From the NCBI GenBank assembly GCA_023480925.1, contig JAMCWY010000010.1, forward strand, positions 1-32,000: 32,000 nt of DNA. Direction: 5' to 3'. Numbering within the stretch: the first letter of the stretch is position 1; every line of letters begins with the position of its first letter. Below are positions 16,806-25,464 of this stretch, piece by piece. The DNA is from Patescibacteria group bacterium. Lineage in GTDB: Bacteria; Patescibacteriota; Minisyncoccia; UBA6257; HR35. The notes beneath the pieces were generated by a model. That model saw nothing but the letters and a program-made list of their open reading frames with translations. It had not been told where the DNA came from and did no database searches. A program made the position numbers and the translations under genes.

Positions 16806-18173
16806 ATGGACATTCGTTTAATTACAGCGATCGCAGCGGGAAAGTCAGTTAAGTTAGCTTTGACTGTTTTCCAAAGCGGCGGCACGGCCGCGCCCGGTTT
16901 AATCACCGAAACAATTGACAAAAACGCGTTAAAAAAAATATCGTCTGGTTTTAAACAAGGCGTTATTTTGATTTCCGGCACTAATGGTAAGACGACCACA
17001 GCTAGGCTTTTAACCAACGCCTTAACTAATCAAGGTTATACCTTTTTAGCTAATAGCGCCGGTTCAAACCTAAAACGCGGCATCATCAGCGTTCTTTTGG
17101 AACAAGTTAATTTAACCGGCCGGCCGCGTCGAAAGATTGACTTTGGTATTTTTGAATGCGACGAAATGGCACTAATTGAGATCGCTAAAGAAATAAAACC
17201 GCGTCTAATTCTTTTAACTAATCTTTTTCGCGATCAACTTGACCGCTATGGCGAGGTTGAAACAATTAGAAAAAAATGGTTTGAGTTAATTCGCTCTTTA
17301 CCAAACGAGACGAAGGTGATACTAAACGCCGACGATCCGGGTATTCGATCCTTGGCTGATTACCTTAATGAAAAAAGGGTTTTCTTTTACGGTATTGGCT
17401 TTAATCCAAATCGGCAAAACGACTCAATTATTTCCGATTTTAGCCGCTGTCCCAATTGCGGCGCATCTCTTTATTACCAAACCGAGTTTTTTTCCCACCT
17501 GGGCGATTATGTTTGTTCAAAATGCGGTTTAGCCAGACCGAAATTGGATTTAAGCGCGGTTGCGATCGAAAACGAAAAAATTGAAATCGCTTACTGTGGC
17601 CGAACCGAAAAAATAACAACGCCACTCAAGGGTTTTTATAATGTTTATAATTTGCTCGCCGCCTTTTCAATCGGCCTTAATCTTAAAATCGATTTCGACC
17701 AGATTCAAAAAAGTTTGGAAAAATTTAAGCCAGCCTTCGGCCGCCAAGAGATTATCAAGTTTAATAGCAAAGAATTATTTATCTCGCTGGCTAAAAATCC
17801 GGTCGGTTTAACCGAAACGATTAAAACTATCAGCGCCGATCCGGGAAAGAAAACTTTAATCTTTCTTCTTAACGACAAAATCGCTGACGGCGTCGATGTC
17901 TCCTGGATTTGGGACGTAGATTTTAACTCAATTAAAAACCAGGCTGAAACGATTATTTTTAACGGTCGCCGGCCTTACGACATGGGTCTAAGACTGAAAT
18001 ACGCCGATTTGGAAAACAGGCCGCGATTTATTTTTTGCCGCAACCTTAACGAAGTTTTCAAAAATTTAGCCGAAATCAAAATTGAACGAGTTTATATTTT
18101 TCCAACTTATACCGCCTTAATGGACTTAAAAAAATTTTTAGCTCGACGCGGTTATAAAAAATTTTGGACCTAA
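16806..18173 (+). CDS. murT: Lipid II isoglutaminyl synthase subunit MurT (Mur-ligase family with Cys4 ribbon)
   Basis: ISGTNGKTTT P-loop, CPNCG...CSKCG ribbon, and a DUF1727-like C-terminus. It sits immediately upstream of gatD. Confidence 0.9.
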   Translation: MDIRLITAIAAGKSVKLALTVFQSGGTAAPGLITETIDKNALKKISSGFKQGVILISGTNGKTTTARLLTNALTNQGYTFLANSAGSNLKRGIISVLLEQVNLTGRPRRKIDFGIFECDEMALIEIAKEIKPRLILLTNLFRDQLDRYGEVETIRKKWFELIRSLPNETKVILNADDPGIRSLADYLNEKRVFFYGIGFNPNRQNDSIISDFSRCPNCGASLYYQTEFFSHLGDYVCSKCGLARPKLDLSAVAIENEKIEIAYCGRTEKITTPLKGFYNVYNLLAAFSIGLNLKIDFDQIQKSLEKFKPAFGRQEIIKFNSKELFISLAKNPVGLTETIKTISADPGKKTLIFLLNDKIADGVDVSWIWDVDFNSIKNQAETIIFNGRRPYDMGLRLKYADLENRPRFIFCRNLNEVFKNLAEIKIERVYIFPTYTALMDLKKFLARRGYKKFWT

Positions 18174-18180
18174 ACTTAAA

Positions 18181-18945
18181 ATGGATCAAGAATTAATCCT
18201 AACGCACCTTTATCCAAAAACAATGAACACCTATGGCGATCAGGGTAATGTTTTGGTTTTTAAAAAAAGGGCGGAATGGCGCGGTTTCAAAATTAAAATT
18301 TTAACCGCCGACTTGGACGAACCGATTAAAAAATCAGACTTTTATTTTTTCGGCGGCGGTCAAGATCAAGAACAAAGTTTAGTCTCAAAAGATCTAATCG
18401 GTCTCAAAACCGAACTACTTAAAGCCGAAGCGGAAAATTTTAAACCGATGCTTTTAATTTGCGGCGGTTACCAACTTTTAGGCGAATACTACCAAACCGC
18501 TGATAATAAAAAAATCGTCGGTGCCGGAATTTTGGCTATTCGAACCATAGCCGGGCCAAAAAGAATGATTGGCGATATTGTTTTAAATTTAAATCCGGTT
18601 TTAGGAATTTCTGAACAAATCAACGACAAAAAAATAACGACTGTGGTCGGTTTTGAAAATCATAGCGGCAAAACTTATTTGGACAAAAATATTAAACCGC
18701 TCGGTCAAATCGTTAAGGGTTATGGCAACAACGGCGAGGACAAAACCGAAGGTGCCTGCTATAAAAACATCATCGGTTCTTATGGCCACGGTTCGCTTTT
18801 AGCTAAAAATCCTCATTTGGCTGACTATCTAATTAAAAAAGCGTTTGAGGTTAAAACGGGCGAAAAAATAGAGTTGGAAAACTTAGACGATTCGCTTGAA
18901 TGGCAAGCTCACCTGAGCCGATTGAATTATTCCAATCTTAAATAA
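18181..18945 (+). CDS. gatD: Lipid II isoglutaminyl synthase glutaminase subunit GatD (CobQ-type amidotransferase)
   Basis: FFGGGQDQEQ, ICGGYQLLG (catalytic Cys), GFENHSGKTY, GYGNNGEDKTEG and GSYGHG closely parallel S. aureus GatD. Confidence 0.9.
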   Translation: MDQELILTHLYPKTMNTYGDQGNVLVFKKRAEWRGFKIKILTADLDEPIKKSDFYFFGGGQDQEQSLVSKDLIGLKTELLKAEAENFKPMLLICGGYQLLGEYYQTADNKKIVGAGILAIRTIAGPKRMIGDIVLNLNPVLGISEQINDKKITTVVGFENHSGKTYLDKNIKPLGQIVKGYGNNGEDKTEGACYKNIIGSYGHGSLLAKNPHLADYLIKKAFEVKTGEKIELENLDDSLEWQAHLSRLNYSNLK

Positions 18946-18974
18946 TTTTTGTTTATTTTTTATAATAAATCCAA

Positions 18975-20051
18975 ATGAGCAACGCTAGTCTCTCAATCGG
19001 AATTGTCGGTTTGCCTAATGTCGGGAAATCAACGCTTTTCCAAACCTTAACCAAAAAACAAGTTGATCGGGCCAACTATCCGTTTTGCACAATCGAACCA
19101 AATGTGGGCGTTGTTGCGGTGCCGGACGAAAGAGTTGATCAACTTGATCATTTAACTCGGTCGGCGAAAAAAATTCACGCCACGATTGAATTTGTTGACA
19201 TCGCCGGCTTGGTTAAAAACGCTCATCAGGGCGAAGGTTTAGGCAATCAATTTCTCGCTCACATTAGAGAAACCGACGCGATCGTTTACGTTCTTCGTGC
19301 TTTCGTCAATAAAGACATCCTCAGCGTCCAAGAAAAAGTCGATCCGTTGGAAGACAAGGAAATCTTGGAAACCGAATTAATTTTAAAAGATCTTGAAACG
19401 ATTGAAAAAAAAATTCAAGGCTTGACCAAAGAGGCGCGGTCAGGTCAAAAAGAAGTAATTCAAGAATTGGCTTTTTTAAATCGAATCAGAGAAATTTTAA
19501 TCTCGGGCAAACTTATCATTGACGCCGACTGGAACGAAACAGAAACCAAAAAATTGAAAACTTATCAACTTTTAACCTTTAAACCAAAACTCTACTTATT
19601 TAACGGAACGGAAAAAGATTTAGACCAAGCTCAAGTTGATTTTTTCTCAAAAAACGGCTGGCCATTTTTAATCATCGATGTTTTAACCGAATTCGAAACG
19701 GTTGATTTTAATCCAGATGAAAGAATCAGCCTTGGACTCAAACCTGAATCGGGCTTAAATCAGTTAATTAAAAAATCATACGACTTGCTCGATCTGATCA
19801 CTTTTTTCACGACCGGCCCGGACGAAACCAGGGCTTGGCCGATTAAAAAAAATTCGACCGCGCCAATCGCCGGCGGCGTTATTCATTCCGATTTCGAAAA
19901 ATATTTTATTCGAGCCGAAATAATCAACTGGCAAACTTTAATTCAATCCGGCGGTTACGCCCGAGCGAGAGAAAGGGGTTTGATTCGAACCGAGGGCAGG
20001 GAATATATCATTCAAGACGGCGATGTTATTGAAATCAAACATGGCCGTTAA
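18975..20051 (+). CDS. ychF: Ribosome-binding ATPase YchF
   Basis: GIVGLPNVGKSTLF, an Obg-like GTPase fold, and a C-terminal TGS-like domain (AGGVIHSDFEKYFIRAE). TATAAT at 18961-18966 lies 8 nt before the ATG. Confidence 0.95.
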   Translation: MSNASLSIGIVGLPNVGKSTLFQTLTKKQVDRANYPFCTIEPNVGVVAVPDERVDQLDHLTRSAKKIHATIEFVDIAGLVKNAHQGEGLGNQFLAHIRETDAIVYVLRAFVNKDILSVQEKVDPLEDKEILETELILKDLETIEKKIQGLTKEARSGQKEVIQELAFLNRIREILISGKLIIDADWNETETKKLKTYQLLTFKPKLYLFNGTEKDLDQAQVDFFSKNGWPFLIIDVLTEFETVDFNPDERISLGLKPESGLNQLIKKSYDLLDLITFFTTGPDETRAWPIKKNSTAPIAGGVIHSDFEKYFIRAEIINWQTLIQSGGYARARERGLIRTEGREYIIQDGDVIEIKHGR

Positions 20052-20064
20052 AAAAATCGCTTAA

Positions 20065-20790
20065 ATGACCAAACCAAAGATAAAAATTAACGAGAGGGTC
20101 GGATTAATTCGCCTGAATAAATTTTTAAGCCAAGCGGGCATTAGTTCACGCCGACAGGCCGATATTTTGATTAGCCAAGGTGCAATTAAAGTTAACGGCA
20201 AAATCGTGAAAAAACTTGGCTTTCAAATCGATCAAGAAAATGACCGAGTCGAAATAATAAATAAACTCGTCGAAGTTCAATCTCAAAAAATAGTTTACCT
20301 GGTTAATAAACCAATCGGCGTCGTCAGCACGGCCAAAGACGAACAAGGCCGAAAAACGGTTTTGGATTTGGTTCCGAGTTCACCTCGAGTCTTCCCCTGT
20401 GGTCGGCTTGACTTCGACACGACCGGTTTAATGATTTTAACCAACGATGGCGAGCTTTGTTATAATCTCACTCATCCAAAATTTGAACAAAAAAAGGAAT
20501 ACTTGGTTGAAGCCGAAAGCAAAGGTCAGTTTGAAAAAATTTTAGACAAAATCAAGGCAGGCGTTTTAATTGAACGGAAAAAAGTTAAGGTCGAAAATCT
20601 GAAAATTATTTGGATCAGAGGTAAAAAAATTAAATTTTCTTTGGTTATCCACGAGGGTCGAAATCGAATTGTCCGAAAATTGAGCCAAGTAGTTGGTTTA
20701 AAAATACTTCGTCTAACTCGAGTTAGATTTGGGCCATACCGGCTTGATCAACTCAAACCAGGCCAGTTTCGTTTAATTAAATTAAAATAA
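20065..20790 (+). CDS. RsuA/RluB-family rRNA pseudouridine synthase (S4 domain plus catalytic domain)
   Basis: S4 motif RLNKFLSQAGISSRRQAD and catalytic GRLDFDTTGLMILTNDG. Confidence 0.92.
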   Translation: MTKPKIKINERVGLIRLNKFLSQAGISSRRQADILISQGAIKVNGKIVKKLGFQIDQENDRVEIINKLVEVQSQKIVYLVNKPIGVVSTAKDEQGRKTVLDLVPSSPRVFPCGRLDFDTTGLMILTNDGELCYNLTHPKFEQKKEYLVEAESKGQFEKILDKIKAGVLIERKKVKVENLKIIWIRGKKIKFSLVIHEGRNRIVRKLSQVVGLKILRLTRVRFGPYRLDQLKPGQFRLIKLK

Positions 20791-20848
20791 GAAAAACTAG
20801 TCGACCTAATCGACCTGGTTAAATTTTCAAGACGGAAATTAACTTAAT

Positions 20849-20877
20849 TTGACAAAAATAATAAATTAGTTTAGAAT
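20849..20877 (+). promoter_or_regulatory. Near-consensus promoter (TTGACA-17 nt-TAGAAT)
   Basis: TTGACA at 20849-20854 and TAGAAT at 20872-20877, followed by AAAGGAGGTG and ATG 20907. Confidence 0.6.
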
Positions 20878-20906
20878 AAAAATAGTTCAAAAGGAGGTGA
20901 AATAGA

Positions 20907-21113
20907 ATGAACGACGCTATGACAAGATATTTTTACGTTGTCTTAGGAGTGTTCTTATTGCTTTTTATAATCATTATGGCAAAAGCGATGGGAACATTTT
21001 CTAACTTTGTCTTCGTTTTGGAACACGTTGTTTTTGCCTTTGTCGTCGCCGTCGCTTATCTCGGATTTGTCTTTGGCCTCGTTGCGATCTGTGAGAGAAG
21101 GAAAAAAAAATAA
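20907..21113 (+). CDS. Small (68 aa) two-helix membrane protein, hypothetical
   Basis: Perfect SD AAAGGAGGTG 7 nt upstream, a consensus promoter, and a terminator downstream. Confidence 0.75.
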   Translation: MNDAMTRYFYVVLGVFLLLFIIIMAKAMGTFSNFVFVLEHVVFAFVVAVAYLGFVFGLVAICERRKKK

Positions 21114-21122
21114 TCCGTTTAA

Positions 21123-21160
21123 AAATCCGGTCAATAAAATTTTTTGGCCGGATTTGTTTT
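21123..21160 (+). terminator. Intrinsic terminator (aaatccggtc / ggccggattt, then GTTTT)
   Basis: A 10-bp stem including one G-U pair, followed by a T-run. Confidence 0.7.
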
Positions 21161-21219
21161 GGCTGCTTTTGATCATTGCCTCGATCACCGGCGAGAATAG
21201 AAGGAAATAAGAAGTTTTA

Positions 21220-21257
21220 AAATCCGGCTGATATTTTAATCGTTTTCGGCCGGATTT
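21220..21257 (+). repeat. Second copy of the same terminator-type inverted repeat (aaatccggct / ggccggattt)
   Basis: Almost the same stem sequence as 21123-21155, about 97 bp downstream. It is preceded by sequence resembling the 3' end of the 20907 gene. Confidence 0.6.
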
Positions 21258-21298
21258 AATTTGTTAATCAAAAACTTGTTAAAATTATAATAGAAAAT

Positions 21299-22045
21299 AT
21301 GCTTCAAGAGTCAAAACCAAGACAAAACCAACTTAAGATAGAGCCGGGTCAAAATCAGATTGAAAACGAACTTAGGACTAATCTGGTCGAAAATTTAAAA
21401 AAGATCGATCCGACGATTGACTCAGACGAATTAGCCAAAACGCCATTGAAAATTATTCAACTTCTGGCTGAAAAAATCAACGAAAACCAAAAACTAAAAA
21501 AAGACTTAATCCACGACTTGCTCACTAATTTGAAAACACGAGAATATTTTTTAGACGAATCGGAAAAAATCATTAATAAATCAGTCAAACCGACAAGCGA
21601 ACGCCGGCAAAAGTTCGAATCAAACCGATTTAGTTTTTTATTTTGCGATATTGATCATTTCAAACAAATTAACGATCGTTATGGTCACGCGGTCGGCGAT
21701 GAAATTTTAAAAGCGGTCGCGGCCACGCTTGAAAAAAATATTCGAATCAAAAAAGGCGACATCGCTTGCCGTTATGGCGGCGAAGAGATTGTTGTCAGTC
21801 TTTTAAACAGCTCGGAAGAAAATTCTTATCGAAAAGCAATTGAGTTGAATGAACGGGTCAAAGAAAAAATCAACTCGCTTTTCGTTGGAAAATATCCCGA
21901 ATTAAAAATTAGTCTCAGCATCGGCGTGGCTGAATTTGAACCAGGTTTGACGCCGGAAGAATTATTGAATCGAGCGGATCAGGCGATGTATCAAGCCAAA
22001 AAAAATGGCCGCGATCAAGTCATTAATTTTTCCCAATTAAAATAG
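21299..22045 (+). CDS. GGDEF-domain diguanylate cyclase (GGEEI variant) with a short coiled N-terminal region
   Basis: FCDIDHFKQINDRYGHAVGDEILK ... RYGGEEIVV ... ADQAMYQAKKNGRD. TATAAT at 21286-21291 lies 7 nt before the ATG. Confidence 0.9.
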   Translation: MLQESKPRQNQLKIEPGQNQIENELRTNLVENLKKIDPTIDSDELAKTPLKIIQLLAEKINENQKLKKDLIHDLLTNLKTREYFLDESEKIINKSVKPTSERRQKFESNRFSFLFCDIDHFKQINDRYGHAVGDEILKAVAATLEKNIRIKKGDIACRYGGEEIVVSLLNSSEENSYRKAIELNERVKEKINSLFVGKYPELKISLSIGVAEFEPGLTPEELLNRADQAMYQAKKNGRDQVINFSQLK

Positions 22046-22174
22046 CGGCGAATTTAAAAATAAACTTTTTCTAAAAATCTCAACAAATTCATTTCGCCTT
22101 TTAAAATTTTTTATTTTCTTAATCAGAAAAATCGCGACCGCGCACTGAACCATTTATTTAATCCTAACCCAAAA

Positions 22175-23008
22175 TTAATCGTTTTGCTTTGGTTTAAATA
22201 AAGAAAGTTTAACTAAATTTTCCATCAACTTTGCCACTAAAATTGGGCCGGTGCCGTTTGGCGTGGCTGTGATCAAACTCGCTCGGTTTTTTAATTTTTC
22301 AAAATCAATGTCGCCGCCAACCCGGCCCTGATCATCAAGACCATATCCAAAATCAATCAAAACCGCGCCGGGCGCGCAAGTTTTAACTAAATTGGGCTGA
22401 CCAGCGCCGCCAATAATGACATCGGCTTTTTCAAAAAATTCTCCGGCGTTTTTTGTTTTTTCATTAATAATAATGACCGTGCTTTTTGCTTGACCAAAAT
22501 AATGAGCGAGGGGCCGGCCGACTAATCGACCATAGCCGACAACCACGACTAATTTTGATTCAAAATCAAGTTTAAATTTTTCTCTGATGAAGTCAACGAC
22601 CTCGACCACGGGCGGCCGGATGACGGCTTGATTAACAAAAAATTGACCGAGACAACGGCCTGAGAGACAATCAACGTCTTTTCGGGCCGGGATTGAATTG
22701 AGAAAATACTGGGTTGACAAATTTTTCGGCAATGGCAATTGGATTAAAGCGCCGCTGACTAACTTTGATCGAACAACTTGGTTAATTAATGTTCGAATTT
22801 TTTTCCGGCCAAGACTTGGATCAATGGGATAAAGACGAAAATCAACGCCTAAATCTTGACAATATTTTTTTTTAATTTTTAGAAATTTTTCTTTTTCTTG
22901 GTTAGAATCAATCAAAAACGCGGCCAATCTCAAGTGTTTTCGATCATTAACTTTCTCTTTTAATCGAACTAAAATTTCTTTCGCCAATTCGTCGCCGTTA
23001 ATAACCAT
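22175..23008 (-). CDS. folD: Bifunctional methylenetetrahydrofolate dehydrogenase/cyclohydrolase FolD
   Basis: LIQLPLP, DVDCL, VVVVGYGRLVGRPLA and TPNGTGPILVA motifs. Confidence 0.93.
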   Translation of the reverse strand: MVINGDELAKEILVRLKEKVNDRKHLRLAAFLIDSNQEKEKFLKIKKKYCQDLGVDFRLYPIDPSLGRKKIRTLINQVVRSKLVSGALIQLPLPKNLSTQYFLNSIPARKDVDCLSGRCLGQFFVNQAVIRPPVVEVVDFIREKFKLDFESKLVVVVGYGRLVGRPLAHYFGQAKSTVIIINEKTKNAGEFFEKADVIIGGAGQPNLVKTCAPGAVLIDFGYGLDDQGRVGGDIDFEKLKNRASLITATPNGTGPILVAKLMENLVKLSLFKPKQND

Positions 23009-23078
23009 AGCTAAAATTATTATAGCGCAAGAAATGTTTTATAATAATTTAATTAGGCCGTATTAATTTGTTAATAAA

Positions 23079-24080
23079 ATGGATTACTCCAAACTCCTTA
23101 AAGAAACTTGGCGTCTAATCTTTAGCCATCGCAATCGTTTTATTTGGGCTTTTGGCATTTTCGTCGCTTTGTTTGGTATCTGGATTATTCCTCACCTCGA
23201 ATTAAACCAAAATTTTAATTTTCACTCTTTAAATTATCTCTCACCCCAGTTTTCCAACTTAATTTCAATAAAAGATTTCTTCGCCACCGCCCAAAAAAAT
23301 TTAACATTTTCAATCACGGATAAAACCGCCGCGGCCATCGAATCCAATTCAATCAACCTGGTCGTCTCGCTTATTCTTCTCGGCCTTACTCTCGTGATTG
23401 TATTAATCGCTGAAACCAGTTTAATCGTTTCTGTTATTGTGGCTAAAAAAGATGACAACGCTTCAGCTGATTCGATTGAAAACCAAGAGATTAAATTTAA
23501 ACGAAGTCTTAAAACCAGTTTTAAATTTTTCGGTCGGATTCTTGGCTTGGAAATTTTGATGATCTTAATCGCCATCGGCCTCGTTATTGATTTAATTTTT
23601 CCAAGCTACTTGTTCTTTTATTCCAATCAAAATCTCCTTGCCATCATCGCTTTTTTACTGCTTCTGCCATTCTTTCTATTTTTCCTTATCGCTATTAATA
23701 TTCTGAATAACTACGGTTTAAGAATAATTTTAAACGAAGATGAAAAAGTGATTGGAAGCGTTAAGAAAGCCAATCAACTTATATTTCAAAACGTTAAAAC
23801 CGTTTTTATTATTTGGTTAATTTCTCTCGGCTTAAGAATTGTTTTCATCGGCCTGGCCTTAATCGGCTTAGTTCTTCTCGTTCTACCCTTAGTCGGCATC
23901 GGTCTTGCCACTTACAGTCTTTTTGGTCTGACCGGCGCGTTCATTTTCTCTTTAATCACCGCCATCATTCTACTGTTGCTCACCATCCTCTTCAAGGGTG
24001 TCTTTATCTCTTTTGACTCGGCTTTTTGGACATTAAGTTATTTTGAGCTAAAAGACAAGGCAACTGAGAAAACGGAATAA
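23079..24080 (+). CDS. Polytopic membrane protein, hypothetical
   Basis: A 333-aa ORF with at least 6 hydrophobic helices. No family recognised. Confidence 0.7.
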   Translation: MDYSKLLKETWRLIFSHRNRFIWAFGIFVALFGIWIIPHLELNQNFNFHSLNYLSPQFSNLISIKDFFATAQKNLTFSITDKTAAAIESNSINLVVSLILLGLTLVIVLIAETSLIVSVIVAKKDDNASADSIENQEIKFKRSLKTSFKFFGRILGLEILMILIAIGLVIDLIFPSYLFFYSNQNLLAIIAFLLLLPFFLFFLIAINILNNYGLRIILNEDEKVIGSVKKANQLIFQNVKTVFIIWLISLGLRIVFIGLALIGLVLLVLPLVGIGLATYSLFGLTGAFIFSLITAIILLLLTILFKGVFISFDSAFWTLSYFELKDKATEKTE

Positions 24081-24165
24081 CCTAAAAAAAATTGGCCGGT
24101 CTTAATTAGAATGTTAGAATTTTGAACCTTAAAAATATTTCAATTTAGTTTTTAGTTTAATTATT

Positions 24166-25431
24166 CTAAATTAAATTTTTAGCCGGTCGAGGCAAATTTA
24201 ACTTCAACCAACGTCGATAGGGCAAAGGATAACGTTTTAAAAACAAACTGACTGCTTTTTTGATTTTTATTGGCGCTTTTTTTTGAAGCAAAAGATGATC
24301 AAACCAATCGGCAATCATGATCATATCTTTTTCCTTTAAGCCTCTGGACGTAATCGCCGGCGCGCCTAATCTCAGGCCGGATGGATTAAAAGGGGAGAGA
24401 TCGCCTGGCAGGGAATTACGATTAGCGATAATGCCGGCGGCCTCAAGAACAGTCTCGGCTGTTCGACCGTCTAAACCGAGCGGCTTGAGATCAATTAACA
24501 TTAAATGATTCTCCGTGCCATCGGCAAAAAGTTTAAAACCTCTTTTTTTAAGTTCAAACGAAAGCCTTTGGGCATTTTTAATAATTTGTTTTTGATAAAG
24601 CAAGAAACTCTTTTTTTTTGCCTGGCCAAAAGCGTAAGCGATCGCGGCAATCGTATGAATATGAGGTCCGCCTTGAAAACCCGGGAAAACGGTTTTATTT
24701 ATGATCGCTTCCAAATTTTTTCTCATAAAAATAACCGCCCCGCGCGGTCCACGCAAAGTTTTATGAGTTGTCGTCATAACGATATCGGCGAAAGGAAAGG
24801 GTGAAGGATGAAGATTGGCGCTAACCAAACCGGCAATATGAGAAATATCAGCGAGATGGTAAGCGCCGACATTTTTGGCGATTTGACCGAATTTTTTAAA
24901 ATCCAAACGTAAGGGGTAAGCCGACGCGCCCGAGATAATAATTTTTGGTTTATATTTTCGCGCGAGCGTCTCAACTTCTCCGTAATCAATTCTCTCGGTT
25001 TGATAATTAACCGCGTATTGAACGCTTTTAAAAATTCGACCCGTTTGACTAACCTTGTGACCGTGGCTGAGATGGCCGCCGCTGAAAAGATTTAGACCCA
25101 TAATCGTCTCGCCTGGTTGAATTAAAGCGAGATAAATTTCCAAATTCGCCGGCGAGCCGGAATAAGGCTGAACATTAACCGACCAGTATCGATTATTAAG
25201 ATTAAAAGCTTTTAGGGCCCGGCCTTGAGCTAATTTTTCAATCTGATCAATATAGCTGTTGCCGGGATAATATCTTTTAGTCGGGTAACCTTCAGCGTAT
25301 TTATTAACCAAGGGCGAACCAAGAAAAAAAAGCGTCTCCAAATCAACAAAGTTTTCCGATGGAATCAGTTCGAGCGTTGTTTCTTGCCGTTCAATTTCTT
25401 TTTTTAACAAATTTAAAAGGACATTGTCCAT
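24166..25431 (-). CDS. glyA: Serine hydroxymethyltransferase GlyA
   Basis: LIPSENF, YAEGYPTKRYY, GGHLSHG and TTTHKTLRGPRG (PLP-binding Lys). Confidence 0.96.
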   Translation of the reverse strand: MDNVLLNLLKKEIERQETTLELIPSENFVDLETLFFLGSPLVNKYAEGYPTKRYYPGNSYIDQIEKLAQGRALKAFNLNNRYWSVNVQPYSGSPANLEIYLALIQPGETIMGLNLFSGGHLSHGHKVSQTGRIFKSVQYAVNYQTERIDYGEVETLARKYKPKIIISGASAYPLRLDFKKFGQIAKNVGAYHLADISHIAGLVSANLHPSPFPFADIVMTTTHKTLRGPRGAVIFMRKNLEAIINKTVFPGFQGGPHIHTIAAIAYAFGQAKKKSFLLYQKQIIKNAQRLSFELKKRGFKLFADGTENHLMLIDLKPLGLDGRTAETVLEAAGIIANRNSLPGDLSPFNPSGLRLGAPAITSRGLKEKDMIMIADWFDHLLLQKKAPIKIKKAVSLFLKRYPLPYRRWLKLNLPRPAKNLI

Positions 25432-25464
25432 TTAAAATATTATAGTTTATAATTTTAAAATTTA

